Shown here piece by piece: positions 1 to 10,027 of a stretch of DNA of 64,000 bases (its first letter is position 1; every line of letters starts with the position of its first letter). The notes beneath the pieces are model-generated. The model saw only the letters and a list, made by a program, of their open reading frames with translations, was not told the DNA's origin and searched no databases. Where the stretch lies: positions 15,025 to 79,024 of the forward strand of contig JALCRV010000009.1 in assembly GCA_022652945.1 (NCBI GenBank), read 5' to 3'. The position numbers were made by a program, and so were the translations under genes. Origin of the DNA: Bacilli bacterium. Lineage in GTDB: Bacteria > Bacillota_I > Bacilli_A > RFN20 > CAG-288.

Positions 1-1
1 C

Positions 2-1567
2 GTCGTCGATGCTTTTGAAGGCACGATGCCCCAGACTCGCTTCGTTTTGAAGAAGGCTTTCGAGTCCCATCTAAAGCCGATCGTCGTCATCAACAAAGTC
101 GATCGTCCCAACGCCAATATCAAGCAGACCCTCGATGAGGTCCTCAATCTTTTCATCGAACTCGGCGCTGATGACAGCATGCTCGAGTTCCCGGTCGTTT
201 ACTGCTCCGCTTTAAAAGGCACGTCTTCCTATTCGGATGATCCTAACGATCAAACTTTAGGAATGGCTCCGGTCTTGGATACGATTATTAAGGAAATCCC
301 GGCTCCGAACACTGATACGACTGCACCGTTCCAATTCCAGCCTTCCTTGCTGGATTACAACGATTACGTCGGACGTATCGGCATCGGCCGTGTGGAAAAA
401 GGCAAGATCAATTTAGGTGATAACGTCGTCTGCTGCCGTCTGGATGGCAGCACCGTGAATTTCAAGGTTGCCAAGCTTTACGGCTTCTCTGGATTGGATC
501 GGATTGACATCCCTGAAGCGGATGCTGGCGATATCGTCGCCATCGGCGGTTTACCCGATATTAACGTCGGAGAAACCGTTTGCCAACCGGATTCAATCTG
601 CCCGCTTCCAAAATTGAGAATCGATGAACCTACTTTGAAGATGACTTTCTCAGCCAACCATTCGCCCTTCTCCGGACGCGATGGCAAGAACCTTTCCGCC
701 AAGAAAATTCAAGATCGTCTCTTTAAGGAATGCCAAAGAGATGTCTCTTTGCGCTTTACTCCGATTCCTTCCTCCGAATCCTTCACCGTCATCGGCAGAG
801 GTGAACTGCACCTTTCCGTTTTAATCGAGACTTTGAGGAGAGAGGGCTTCGAGCTCTTGGTCTCCAAACCGGAAGTCTTGCTGAAGACTATCGACGGGGT
901 GGAATGTGAACCTTATGAGGATTTGCAAATCGATGTCCCGGATCAATATACCGGTGCGGTAATCGATATGATCGGCCGCCGTTCAGCGGAAATGATCAAT
1001 ATGAATTCCGCAAACGGCCTCACCAGAATCAACTACATTATCCCTTCCCGTGGCTTGCTTTCCTTCAATACACCTTTTATGACCATGACTGGCGGCTACG
1101 GAGTCGCCAACCATTCCTTCAAGGAATACCGTCCGAAGATCAAGGGAGAAATCGCCCAACGTAATTTGGGTGTCCTCGTCTCCGCAGATGAAGGTAAATC
1201 AACCTCTTACGCTATCAAGAACGCTGAAGAAAGAGGAACTATGTTCTTGGGGCCGGGCACCGATGTCTATGAAGGCATGATCGTCGGTGAGAACAAATAT
1301 GCGATGGATATGGTCGTGACCGTTACCAAACAGAAGCCTTTAAACAACGAACGTAACTCCAACAAGGATGTCATGATCGTCTTAAAGTCCTGCCGCAAGA
1401 TGTCCTTGGAAGCTTGCATGGATTACATTAACTCCGATGAGTTAGTTGAAATCACTCCTTTGAATATCCGTATGTGCAAGAAGATCCTCGATACCGAATC
1501 ACGCAAAAAATACGATGCTCATAAAAAGGCTGAACTCAAAGCTTTGGATGAAGCTGGTGAAGAGTAG
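2..1567 (+). CDS. typA: Translational GTPase TypA/BipA, 5'-truncated at the window edge
   Basis: The reading frame is open from base 2 with no upstream stop. It reads VVDAFEGTMPQTRFVLKKA...INKVDRPNA (G4 NKxD), then the BipA-type domain III-V and C-terminal domain. Stop at 1567. Confidence 0.85.
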   Translation, partial: VVDAFEGTMPQTRFVLKKAFESHLKPIVVINKVDRPNANIKQTLDEVLNLFIELGADDSMLEFPVVYCSALKGTSSYSDDPNDQTLGMAPVLDTIIKEIPAPNTDTTAPFQFQPSLLDYNDYVGRIGIGRVEKGKINLGDNVVCCRLDGSTVNFKVAKLYGFSGLDRIDIPEADAGDIVAIGGLPDINVGETVCQPDSICPLPKLRIDEPTLKMTFSANHSPFSGRDGKNLSAKKIQDRLFKECQRDVSLRFTPIPSSESFTVIGRGELHLSVLIETLRREGFELLVSKPEVLLKTIDGVECEPYEDLQIDVPDQYTGAVIDMIGRRSAEMINMNSANGLTRINYIIPSRGLLSFNTPFMTMTGGYGVANHSFKEYRPKIKGEIAQRNLGVLVSADEGKSTSYAIKNAEERGTMFLGPGTDVYEGMIVGENKYAMDMVVTVTKQKPLNNERNSNKDVMIVLKSCRKMSLEACMDYINSDELVEITPLNIRMCKKILDTESRKKYDAHKKAELKALDEAGEE

Positions 1568-1571
1568 CCTG

Positions 1572-1602
1572 TTGACGCTGTCTTTTTATGGTAAAATATA
1601 AA
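1572..1602 (+). promoter_or_regulatory. Putative sigma-A promoter for mreB (TTGACG ... TGgTAAAAT extended -10)
   Basis: ttgacg at 1572-1577; TG-extended -10 'tggtaaaat' at 1589-1597; RBS and ATG of mreB follow at 1627. Confidence 0.35.
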
Positions 1603-1626
1603 AGACAAGGCGGAAACTAACATAAA

Positions 1627-2628
1627 ATGAAAAAGCGGATTGTCGGACTCGACTTAGGAACTTCAAATACCTTGATCTGGCTGAAAAGCTCAGATACGGT
1701 GGTTTTCAATGAGCCGACTGTCTTAGCTTGGAGCAAAAAGAATAAAAAAGTCTTTGAAATAGGCTATTTAGCCCATAAGTTGATCGGCAAGGTGCCCGAG
1801 GATCTCGAGATTATTACCCCGATTCAAAATGGAACTGTCGCCGATATCGATGCTGCTTACGCTTATCTTGAGCGAGCTTTCGGCAATCTTCATGTGCAAA
1901 AAGAAATTAAAGGCTCTCGGTTGATCATGGCGATTCCTTCGAAAATCACAAACGTCGAAAAAAGAGCCGCCGCTGAAGTTGCGATGCGTTTAGGCGTCAA
2001 AGAGCTTCATTTCATCGATGCCGCTAAGGCTGCGGCCGTCGGCAGCGGAATCGATGTCTTTTCTACACGCGGCAATATGATCGTCGATATCGGCGGTGCC
2101 AGGAGCAATATCGCCGCTTTGGCGATGGGGCAGATTGTAGTCGAGAAATCGACGATGTACGCCGGCGATGCCGCTGATGAAGCGGTCAGCCGTTATGTAC
2201 GGACTAAGCATCACCTCTTAATCGGGCCGAAAACTGCCGAATATATCAAAATGAAAATCGGCACGCTATTGGATTCGGCCGATAATAACCTTTTGGAAGT
2301 CTCCGGTAAAGATTTGATCACCGGTCTTCCTCATTCTGTGGTTTGCTCCACTTCGGAAATCTCGCAGATTATCATAAAGATTTACACGGAGATCGCTAAC
2401 TGTATCGTCGATACCCTGGAAATCGCACCAGCCGAGGTTTCTTCGGATATCATCCATACCGGCATCACCCTATCCGGTGGTGGCTGCCTTTTAAACGGGA
2501 CGAGAGAATTTTTCCAAAAACAGCTTTCCGTTCCAGTCCATATTTCACCTTACCCGCTGGAATCCACAATCCAAGGCATCAAAGCTTCTGCGGAAACCGT
2601 CCTGAAAGAAGACCCGATCTTCGATTAA
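1627..2628 (+). CDS. mreB: Rod-shape determining actin homolog MreB/Mbl
   Basis: N-terminal GLDLGTSNTLIW...NEPTVLA phosphate-1 motif; DIGGA phosphate-2 motif; 333 aa. Confidence 0.8.
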   Translation: MKKRIVGLDLGTSNTLIWLKSSDTVVFNEPTVLAWSKKNKKVFEIGYLAHKLIGKVPEDLEIITPIQNGTVADIDAAYAYLERAFGNLHVQKEIKGSRLIMAIPSKITNVEKRAAAEVAMRLGVKELHFIDAAKAAAVGSGIDVFSTRGNMIVDIGGARSNIAALAMGQIVVEKSTMYAGDAADEAVSRYVRTKHHLLIGPKTAEYIKMKIGTLLDSADNNLLEVSGKDLITGLPHSVVCSTSEISQIIIKIYTEIANCIVDTLEIAPAEVSSDIIHTGITLSGGGCLLNGTREFFQKQLSVPVHISPYPLESTIQGIKASAETVLKEDPIFD

Positions 2629-2656
2629 AAAAGAGCCATTCCAATGGCTCTTTTCA
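2627..2656. terminator. Bidirectional rho-independent terminator between mreB (+) and the GT4 gene (-)
   Basis: aaaagagccattccaatggctctttt: 8-bp stem and 4-nt loop with A-run and T-run flanks. Confidence 0.6.
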
Positions 2657-2674
2657 GTTAATCTGGTTTAGATC

Positions 2675-3976
2675 CTACTTTGCCTCTGGTTCTTTTTTTG
2701 CTTCTTCATCCTGCTGGCAAGCCAATTCCCGGACTAGATCGGAATTGAGCTGCTTAAGGAGCTTTTTACGCATTTTTTCCATTCGAACTTGATCGGCATG
2801 GGAAGGATTGGTGAGAGGAAGATCCAAGCCTTCTTTTTTCTCTTCGATTGCCGTCATGAACATTTCTTCCATTCTGGAAACCTGACGATCGAGACGGAAA
2901 TCAGAGGCGTAGACCATATATTTTTTCGAGAGGGCTTCCTTCTCAGCCGGATGCTCAAGGAAGTACTCGATTTTTTCTCTTAAAGAAGCGAACTTCCCCG
3001 CTCGGAACAAGCAATGGGGATCCAAAGCAAATTGATTAGTGGCGGACAAGACCGAATCGGCGATAATCGGAACTAAGCCGCAGGAAAAAGCTTCGATGCA
3101 GGCGATTCCTTCAATTTCAGCATCGGAGGAATGGACGTAAAGATCGGAGTAGTTGATGATCTTTCTCAGCTCCTCTTGGCTGCAGAAACTCATAATTGGA
3201 GGATTTACCAAACCAGACTTAAAAGCGGTCTTTTCCAATTTGTCTTTATTCGGCCCCTGGCCGCAGAGGATCAGTTGGATATCTTTATTGTACTTGGAGG
3301 TAGAAATGGCCTTGATTATCAAATCTTGCCTTTTCTCGCGGGAAAGACGTCCGATCATCAGAATAACGAATTTATTCTTCAAGGCTTCCGGTTTTTCTAC
3401 GTAGATCGGATGGAAATAATCGGAGACGCCATTAGAGATAACATGGAGAATATTGTTATTATAATGATGCTTCTTCAGTTGGTCAGCGATCATCTGGGAG
3501 GGACAGTGGATGTGGCGGACATAGCGATAAAAATAATCGTAAAAATAGCGGTAAAAAAGAGAATTGACACCCTTATTCTTCCCTAGATAAATCGTATAAG
3601 TTACATTCTCCGGCTGTAGATGGAAGGCCGCAGTGACCGGAATATTCAACGATTGGGCAATCAAACGGGCTTTTGACTCAAAGGGGAAAGGCAGGAACAG
3701 ATGAACTACATCCGCTCCTTTGATGGCTTCGTACATTTTCTTTTCATTGATCGAGGCGAAGCAAAAGCCTTGTTTCTCAACTAAAAACTGGAAGACCGGC
3801 AAAGAATAATGCTTGGTTCCAAAATAGTCCGGATCGTCCTTATGTTCTTCCGATTCCGCCCCGAGCATCCTAACTGTATGCCCGCGTTTTCTTAATTCAG
3901 TGGCAAAGCGTAAAGCCGTGGCAGCAGTGCCATTTGTCAAAACATTGGCGCAATCGAGAACAAAGACAATGGTCAT
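2675..3976 (-). CDS. GT4-family (group 1) glycosyltransferase with charged coiled C-terminal tail
   Basis: GT-B fold pattern with an N-terminal acceptor domain and a C-terminal EX7E-like region (E..E..GIACIEAFSCGLVPI); 433 aa. Confidence 0.7.
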   Translation of the reverse strand: MTIVFVLDCANVLTNGTAATALRFATELRKRGHTVRMLGAESEEHKDDPDYFGTKHYSLPVFQFLVEKQGFCFASINEKKMYEAIKGADVVHLFLPFPFESKARLIAQSLNIPVTAAFHLQPENVTYTIYLGKNKGVNSLFYRYFYDYFYRYVRHIHCPSQMIADQLKKHHYNNNILHVISNGVSDYFHPIYVEKPEALKNKFVILMIGRLSREKRQDLIIKAISTSKYNKDIQLILCGQGPNKDKLEKTAFKSGLVNPPIMSFCSQEELRKIINYSDLYVHSSDAEIEGIACIEAFSCGLVPIIADSVLSATNQFALDPHCLFRAGKFASLREKIEYFLEHPAEKEALSKKYMVYASDFRLDRQVSRMEEMFMTAIEEKKEGLDLPLTNPSHADQVRMEKMRKKLLKQLNSDLVRELACQQDEEAKKEPEAK

Positions 3977-4068
3977 TCCCTATATTCCGTTTCTATCCAT
4001 GGGGGAGCAGGAAGTATTTTCAAGGTGATATCGGTGACAAGAATATCTTACCATACCAAACTTTTTTC

Positions 4069-4713
4069 TCAAAACAGGCACTTGGGTGATTTAACAAAAA
4101 AACGACTTTGATCGCAAAAGGCTCGCAAATCGAGAGAACAAGCACAAAGGCAGAGTCTTTTGGCCTTTTCCCCGCCGTATTTTTTATCTCCGAGCAAAGG
4201 GCAGCCTAAAGACATAAAACCAATCCTGATCTGATTCCTTTTGCCAGTCAAGATTCTTATTTCGGCCTCAGGATGGTTATTAACCGACCCAGTAATTTTA
4301 TATTCCGTGATTGCTTTCTCCGCTTCCCTATCTTGGGGAGAAGACAAAAAAGCATTATGAAAACTATCTTCTTTTAGATAATTGATAATCGTCCCTTCTT
4401 TCTCTTTGGGTGAAGAGGAAAGGATCGCTTGGTAATTGCGGATGATTTTTCCTTCCGCAAAAAGTTCTTGGAGCCGTTCCTTCGTCCGGTAGTCTTTTGC
4501 AAAAACGATTACTCCGGAAGTATCCTTATCAAGCCGGTGGACTATAAAAACTTTGGCTGAAGGCCCGTAGCGGCCTTTCAGGTAATTACCTACTTCTTTA
4601 TACAAAGTATTATCCCTTTCGTCCCCAGCCGAAATAGTCAGTAAGCCCGCAGGTTTTTCTACGACGATTACTTCTCTTGTCTCCAAAAGGATTTCCGGTA
4701 TGTAGTAGCGCAT
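4069..4713 (-). CDS. RluA-family pseudouridine synthase
   Basis: HRLDKDTSGVIVFAKD catalytic Asp motif and GKRNQIRI motif; 214 aa. Confidence 0.75.
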   Translation of the reverse strand: MRYYIPEILLETREVIVVEKPAGLLTISAGDERDNTLYKEVGNYLKGRYGPSAKVFIVHRLDKDTSGVIVFAKDYRTKERLQELFAEGKIIRNYQAILSSSPKEKEGTIINYLKEDSFHNAFLSSPQDREAEKAITEYKITGSVNNHPEAEIRILTGKRNQIRIGFMSLGCPLLGDKKYGGEKAKRLCLCACSLDLRAFCDQSRFFVKSPKCLF

Positions 4714-4758
4714 ATGGATATTCTAACCTTGGAGCAGCAAGAAAAAAAGGGAGGAGGA

Positions 4759-6240
4759 TCAAATCCTCTTCCCATTAATTGTCAACGTACGAATGAGCTG
4801 AATGTTTTCCTTCTTCCGATACTCCGGATCGAGCCGATAGTGCCAGTTCCCCGACGGAATACCCGGAGTATTGATCCGGTATTCCCCACCTTCTTTAAGG
4901 AAATCCTGCATCGTGAAGATAGCGACTTGGGCCTTCGAGTCCATCAGGCGGGAGATCATTAAATCGTAAGCCTCTTCCGGAGTCTGGACCTTTAAGTTAC
5001 GGTAGATAGTCGGCAGCAGTTCTTTTTTATCAACCAAGAAATGTTTCAAGGTATCGTTATCATGCGTCCCAATATAAGCTACGCAATTCTCGGTGTAATT
5101 CTCCGGCAGATAATTGTTAGTGAAATTCACATCGGTTGGATCGAAAGCAAATTGATATATCACCAGACCCGGCCAGCCCGAAGCTTTCTTTAAAGTCATC
5201 ACTTCCGGGGTGAGGAAGCCTAGATCCTCAGCGATGATTTCCATCTTGCTGGCAGCTTCCTTGATCGCGTTCACTAAATCCATCCCAGGGCCGAGAACCC
5301 ACTGGCCACCCATCGCGGTCTTATCCTGAGCCGGAACAGACCAATAAGCCTGCATGCCGCGGAAATGGTCGATGCGGAGGACATCGAAGAAGTGTGAGCA
5401 TTTCTTGACTCTTCTTCTCCACCAACGGAAATTGTTCTTTTCCATCTTCTCCCAATCGTAAATCGGGTTGCCCCAAAGTTGCCCAGTCTTCGCGAAATAA
5501 TCCGGCGGTACTCCAGCAACCTTTAACGGACGCCGATCGCCATCGAGCTGGAACAAAGTCGGATTCGCCCAAACATCGGAAGAATCCATCGCGACGTAGA
5601 TGGGAATATCCCCGATCAAGGAGATATGATGTCTGCGCGCATATTTTCTAAGCTTGCGGAACTGTTCAGTAGCGATGAACTGACACCAGATCCAGAAATT
5701 GATTTCCTCTTGATATTTTCCTTTGATTTCTTTGATTGTTTTCCGTTTATAAAGCCTATAACCATCGTCCCATTCCAACCATGATTTTCCACCGTTAAGC
5801 CCTTTGATGACCATGAATAAGGCATAATCCGGTAACCAAAACCGGTTGCGGGCGATGAAAACCTTGATCTTTTCTTCCAAGGAAACATAGGAATGGAGAT
5901 AGGCCCTCTTCAAAATGCCAAATCTCTTTTGATAAAGTTCACCGTAATCGATATCACGATGATAATGGTGATTCAAGGGGCGGAGGTCTTCTTTAGTAAG
6001 CCAACCGTTCTTTTTTAAAAGAGTCAAATCGATAAAATAAGGATTCAAAGCGAAAGCTGAGAAGGACTGATAAGGCGAATCCCCATAGGAAGTCGGATTC
6101 AAAGGAAGCATCTGCCAGTAAGACTGCCCCGAGGCCTCTAAAAATTTGATGAAATCGTAAGCTTCTTTTCCGAAAGTGCCGATTCCATATCTAGTCGGCA
6201 AGGAGAACACAGGTAATAAGATGCCAGAGCCACGTTTCAT
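4759..6240 (-). CDS. malQ: 4-alpha-glucanotransferase (amylomaltase, GH77)
   Basis: N-terminus GILLPVFSLP..YGIGTFG and IRIDHFRG motif typical of MalQ; 493 aa. Confidence 0.85.
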   Translation of the reverse strand: MKRGSGILLPVFSLPTRYGIGTFGKEAYDFIKFLEASGQSYWQMLPLNPTSYGDSPYQSFSAFALNPYFIDLTLLKKNGWLTKEDLRPLNHHYHRDIDYGELYQKRFGILKRAYLHSYVSLEEKIKVFIARNRFWLPDYALFMVIKGLNGGKSWLEWDDGYRLYKRKTIKEIKGKYQEEINFWIWCQFIATEQFRKLRKYARRHHISLIGDIPIYVAMDSSDVWANPTLFQLDGDRRPLKVAGVPPDYFAKTGQLWGNPIYDWEKMEKNNFRWWRRRVKKCSHFFDVLRIDHFRGMQAYWSVPAQDKTAMGGQWVLGPGMDLVNAIKEAASKMEIIAEDLGFLTPEVMTLKKASGWPGLVIYQFAFDPTDVNFTNNYLPENYTENCVAYIGTHDNDTLKHFLVDKKELLPTIYRNLKVQTPEEAYDLMISRLMDSKAQVAIFTMQDFLKEGGEYRINTPGIPSGNWHYRLDPEYRKKENIQLIRTLTINGKRI

Positions 6241-6474
6241 ATGGTTGGATCTCCTTTCTTAATCACTATCCGACGGAAAATATCTTCCGTCACTATAAAT
6301 TATCATCAGGTTTTTAATGGAAACAAGCATAAAAAGCATAAGAGCAGAATTATGCGAATAAAATAATAATTTGAAAGCGATTACAATACCATGAGGAAAC
6401 TTGATAACCAGAAAAATTAACTCTCGGTTTACCGCCTTGATTTAAGGTATAATAAAAAAGATTCAATAAATACC

Positions 6475-7539
6475 ATGAAAAACAAAAAATTTCTGATCGT
6501 CTTATCCTTGCTCCTTCTCTCTTCTTGCCAGACGGGGGAGTTACCTTCGCTTGCCTCTTCCCAGGCTTCAATCGCTGAAGTCAGTTCTTTAAGCCAAGAA
6601 ACCGAAAGCAGCCAAAGTTCGGCTTATTCTTCCGCTTCTAGTTCCAGCAGTCTCAGTTCCTCCTCAGCTTCAAGTTCCGAAAAGGAATCTTCGGCAATTA
6701 GCTCCTCTATGGAGTCGTCTTCTTTTGAAGCATCTTCCAGCGCCGTTTCCTCTGTTGCAAAAGACGGAGCCCAATTCCCCGACGATTTTACCGCAGCAAA
6801 GAAAAAGTATTACGCCAGCGTCGTCGGCTTAAAAGGCTTGGATTTAAAAAATGCTCTCCACGATATCCTGAACAATTACTCTCCTATCACCTATAAAGCC
6901 GCTTCCCAGGCCTTGAAGGTTATCGATAGGGATCCGAACAATTCTTCTAACGTGATCGAAATCTACACTCAGAATTCCATACCGGCTGCAAACCGCGATG
7001 GGGAGTCTTCCGCTTCGAATCTTTGGAATAAGGAACATGTCTATCCTCAGTCCCGCGGCAATTTCACTACCTCGCAATCCATCGGGGCGGATTGCCATTC
7101 CATCCATTGTTCCGATAAGACCACGAATCAGGTTCGGGGCAATACCAATTATTATCAATTCTCCGTAGGTGAATCCTATTCAGCTGTTCCGACTAATGAT
7201 CCCGAGCATCCCGATTCCAAAGCGAAAATCAATAAGGCTTACGGTTACGGCTTTGAACCGCAGGATTCCGCTAAGGGTGACTGTGCGCGCTCCGTCTTCT
7301 ATATGGCGGTTATGTATCCGAATAATTGCGCCATCACTAACGATAAAACCCAATCGACCGATGATCAGCTCGGCATGCTTAAGTTCCTCGTCCATTGGAA
7401 TGAGTTGGATAAGGTCGACGAAAGGGAGAAAAAACGCAACGAATCTGTCTATTCCTATCAGAAAAACTACAATCCGTTCATCGATGCTCCGGAGTGGATA
7501 AATCTTATCTGGGATGAAGATGGAATTATCGGACTATAA
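6475..7539 (+). CDS. Secreted lipoprotein with Ser-rich linker and C-terminal endonuclease I (EndA/Vvn-like) domain
   Basis: Signal peptide with lipobox LLLSSC. About 70 aa of poly-Ser/Ala low complexity follow. The C-terminal domain carries WNKEHVYPQSRG...DCHSIH...NQVRGN...YQF, which resembles endonuclease I (PF04231). Confidence 0.65.
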   Translation: MKNKKFLIVLSLLLLSSCQTGELPSLASSQASIAEVSSLSQETESSQSSAYSSASSSSSLSSSSASSSEKESSAISSSMESSSFEASSSAVSSVAKDGAQFPDDFTAAKKKYYASVVGLKGLDLKNALHDILNNYSPITYKAASQALKVIDRDPNNSSNVIEIYTQNSIPAANRDGESSASNLWNKEHVYPQSRGNFTTSQSIGADCHSIHCSDKTTNQVRGNTNYYQFSVGESYSAVPTNDPEHPDSKAKINKAYGYGFEPQDSAKGDCARSVFYMAVMYPNNCAITNDKTQSTDDQLGMLKFLVHWNELDKVDEREKKRNESVYSYQKNYNPFIDAPEWINLIWDEDGIIGL

Positions 7540-7651
7540 AGTTCAGCGCATAGAAAAAGACCGTCTCTGATTTGTTCCCGGATTCTGGACACTGTGAAGT
7601 GCCAAAGAAGGGGGATACGCATCACTCAACGGTCTTTTTTCATCTGTAGTT

Positions 7652-9628
7652 TTACTTATTCTTCCCGAGAATCTCTTCGACTTTATTCTTCAAATTTACC
7701 GCAGTAAAGCCGAAATGCGAAGTGACTTCCGCCCCGACGCCGGAATCCCCGAACGTATCCTGGCACATCACGTGTTTAGCGTATTTATACCATCCGAAGG
7801 AAGAAAGCATTTCAATCGCCATACGTTTCTCATAAGGAGCGGCGAAGACGCTTTCACGATCCTGCTCAGAACGCTTATCGAAGGAATACATGGAAGGCAA
7901 GGAGACCACTCTGGTATCGATGCCATCTTCCAAGAGCAGACGCTGAGCTTCTAAGGCCAAATTGACTTCGGAGCCGGAGGCAATCAAGGTGAAATCAACC
8001 GTCTTTCTTTCTTTCGAGACCACATAGCCACCCGAAGCCACGCCTTCATAAGAAGTCGAAGCAATCTGATTCAGCTTTTGTCTGGTGAAGACCATGCAGG
8101 TCGGATGGTCGATAGACTGGAGAGCCAGTTTCCAAGCCGCGTAGGTTTCTCTGGCATCCGCCGGGCGGATGACGTTGACATTAGGAATTGAGCGCAACAT
8201 AGCCAAGTGCTCAACAGGCTGATGAGTCGGGCCATCTTCACCTAAGGCAATCGAGTCATGGGTGAAGACATAAACCGCCGGGAGATGGGACAAAGCCGCC
8301 AAACGAATGGCTGGCTTCATATAATCCGAGAAGACTAAGAAGCAACCCGCATAAGTCCTGAGTCCGCCGTGGAGCAACATGCCGTTTTGGATGCAGGCCA
8401 TAGCGAATTCACGGATGCCGAAATTCATATTTCTACCCTTGCGGTTACTAGGCAGGTAAGTCGTCTCATCCGCCAGTTTCGTTTCGGTCGAAGAAGCGAC
8501 ATCAGCCGAACCGCCGACGAGATTCTTCACTTCCTTGGCGAAGACGTTAAGGATGTGGCCGGAGGAGACACGGGTAGCTTCCGGAGGTACTTCCGGAATA
8601 TGATCGGTGTCCTTCAAAAGCAAAGAGGAAACATCGTTCTTGACCGTGGTTTCTAGATAATGAGCATCTTCCGGATGATTGGACTTATATTGAGCAAAGG
8701 TTTTTTCGTAAGCCTGGAAGGCTTTCTGGCCCCTGGCGATGAAAGTGGTCTTGAAAGTCAGATAAACTTCATCGGGGACTTCAAAAGGTGCGTAATCATA
8801 ATGGTAGAAAGCTTTGGCTTTCTCAGCATCCTCAATCCCGACCGGAGACCCGTGGACTTTATTGGTGCCTTGTTTTGGAGTGCCATAACCGATGATGGTA
8901 TCGACCATAATCATCGTCGGATGCTCTTTGGAAGCCTTAGCTTTAGCGATTGCCGCATCGATCAAATCGCAATCGTTGCCATCGTGGACACGAATCACAT
9001 CCCACCCAGCCGCCATGAAGCGGGCAGCTTCATCTTCGGAAGAAGAATCCGAAAGCGGACCATCGAGGGTGACTTTGTTATAGTCGTAAATAAGAATTAG
9101 TTTGTTAAGGTGCATAGTCCCAGCGTAAGCTATCGCTTCCTGGGAAACACCTTCCTCTAAGCAGCCATCGCCGCAAAGGCAATAAGTATAGTGGTTAAAA
9201 AGTTTTTCGCCTTCCGGATACATCGCGGAAAGCATCGTCTCAGCGACAGCCAGACCGACAGCCTGTCCGATACCTTGGCCTAAAGGACCGGCGGTAGCAT
9301 CGACGCCAGGAGTACGACCGACTTCCGGATGGCCGGGTGTTCTCGAGCCGAGTTTACGGAAAGATTTTAGATCTTCCTTGCTGACGGCATATCCGCTTAA
9401 ATGCAACATCGTATAAAGCAGCATCGAAGCGTGGCCAGCAGAAAGGACGAAACGGTCGCGGTTCACCCAGTTGGGATGGGTGGGATCGGAAATCAAATGA
9501 CGGGTAAAAAGCGTGTAAAGAATCGGGGCGGAAGACAAAGCCATACCGGGGTGACCAGAATTGGCATTGTTGGTCCCATCAAGGCAGAGAGAACGAATGG
9601 CGGCAACGGATAAATCATCGTACTTCAT
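7652..9628 (-). CDS. tkt: Transketolase
   Basis: GHPG and TPP-binding GDGC.EG motifs; 658 aa; full-length alignment pattern to Tkt. Confidence 0.9.
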   Translation of the reverse strand: MKYDDLSVAAIRSLCLDGTNNANSGHPGMALSSAPILYTLFTRHLISDPTHPNWVNRDRFVLSAGHASMLLYTMLHLSGYAVSKEDLKSFRKLGSRTPGHPEVGRTPGVDATAGPLGQGIGQAVGLAVAETMLSAMYPEGEKLFNHYTYCLCGDGCLEEGVSQEAIAYAGTMHLNKLILIYDYNKVTLDGPLSDSSSEDEAARFMAAGWDVIRVHDGNDCDLIDAAIAKAKASKEHPTMIMVDTIIGYGTPKQGTNKVHGSPVGIEDAEKAKAFYHYDYAPFEVPDEVYLTFKTTFIARGQKAFQAYEKTFAQYKSNHPEDAHYLETTVKNDVSSLLLKDTDHIPEVPPEATRVSSGHILNVFAKEVKNLVGGSADVASSTETKLADETTYLPSNRKGRNMNFGIREFAMACIQNGMLLHGGLRTYAGCFLVFSDYMKPAIRLAALSHLPAVYVFTHDSIALGEDGPTHQPVEHLAMLRSIPNVNVIRPADARETYAAWKLALQSIDHPTCMVFTRQKLNQIASTSYEGVASGGYVVSKERKTVDFTLIASGSEVNLALEAQRLLLEDGIDTRVVSLPSMYSFDKRSEQDRESVFAAPYEKRMAIEMLSSFGWYKYAKHVMCQDTFGDSGVGAEVTSHFGFTAVNLKNKVEEILGKNK

Positions 9629-9897
9629 TTACTTTTTCTCCTTTTTTTATATCTTCCTAAAAAATAGAAATCCAATGAAAAGGTCCAGAAAGCGTCTCAT
9701 ATTCCCTTTTGTTAAGGTGGGCACATGGTCAACAACGTTAGGATTCCAAGTCAAGCCTGGCTTTCAACACGGTCATTGACACCCGTTCCCGTGAATAAAA
9801 TGTCGGAAATGCACATAGCTTTCTGGACACTTTCATTTTAGCATGGATAAACAATGTTTTACAATTAGACTGGCTTTTAAGCAAGGTTGTTTTATGG

Positions 9898-9926
9898 TTG
9901 ACAACAAGCCCTTTTACCGCTATTAT
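9898..9926 (+). promoter_or_regulatory. Sigma-A promoter for tRNA-Thr(GGU): TTGACA-17-TATTAT
   Basis: ttgaca at 9898-9903; 17-nt spacer; tattat at 9921-9926; about 27 nt upstream of the tRNA. Confidence 0.5.
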
Positions 9927-9953
9927 TTTAGTTGCGCTAGATAAGCGCTGTTT

Positions 9954-10027
9954 GCCTTGTTAGTTAAGTGGTATAACGGATCCATGGTAAGGATCAATCG
10001 CTAGTTCGATTCTGGCACGAGGCACCA
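9954..10027 (+). tRNA. tRNA-Thr (anticodon GGU)
   Basis: Manual cloverleaf: acceptor gccttgt/acgaggc (one G-U pair); D-stem gtta/taac; anticodon stem gatcc/ggatc with loop atGGTaa; T-arm gctag-ttcgatt-ctggc; CCA encoded; 74 nt. Confidence 0.85.

Noticed and set aside
3131-3586. Plus-strand ORFs of 151 and 83 aa inside the GT4 glycosyltransferase gene.
   Set aside because: They are antisense to a full-length conserved GT4 CDS with no signals of their own.
9561-9779. A 72-aa ORF in the tkt / tRNA-Thr intergenic region.
   Set aside because: It has no SD and a basic low-complexity product. The region is better explained by the tkt promoter and 5' UTR on the minus strand and the tRNA promoter on the plus strand.
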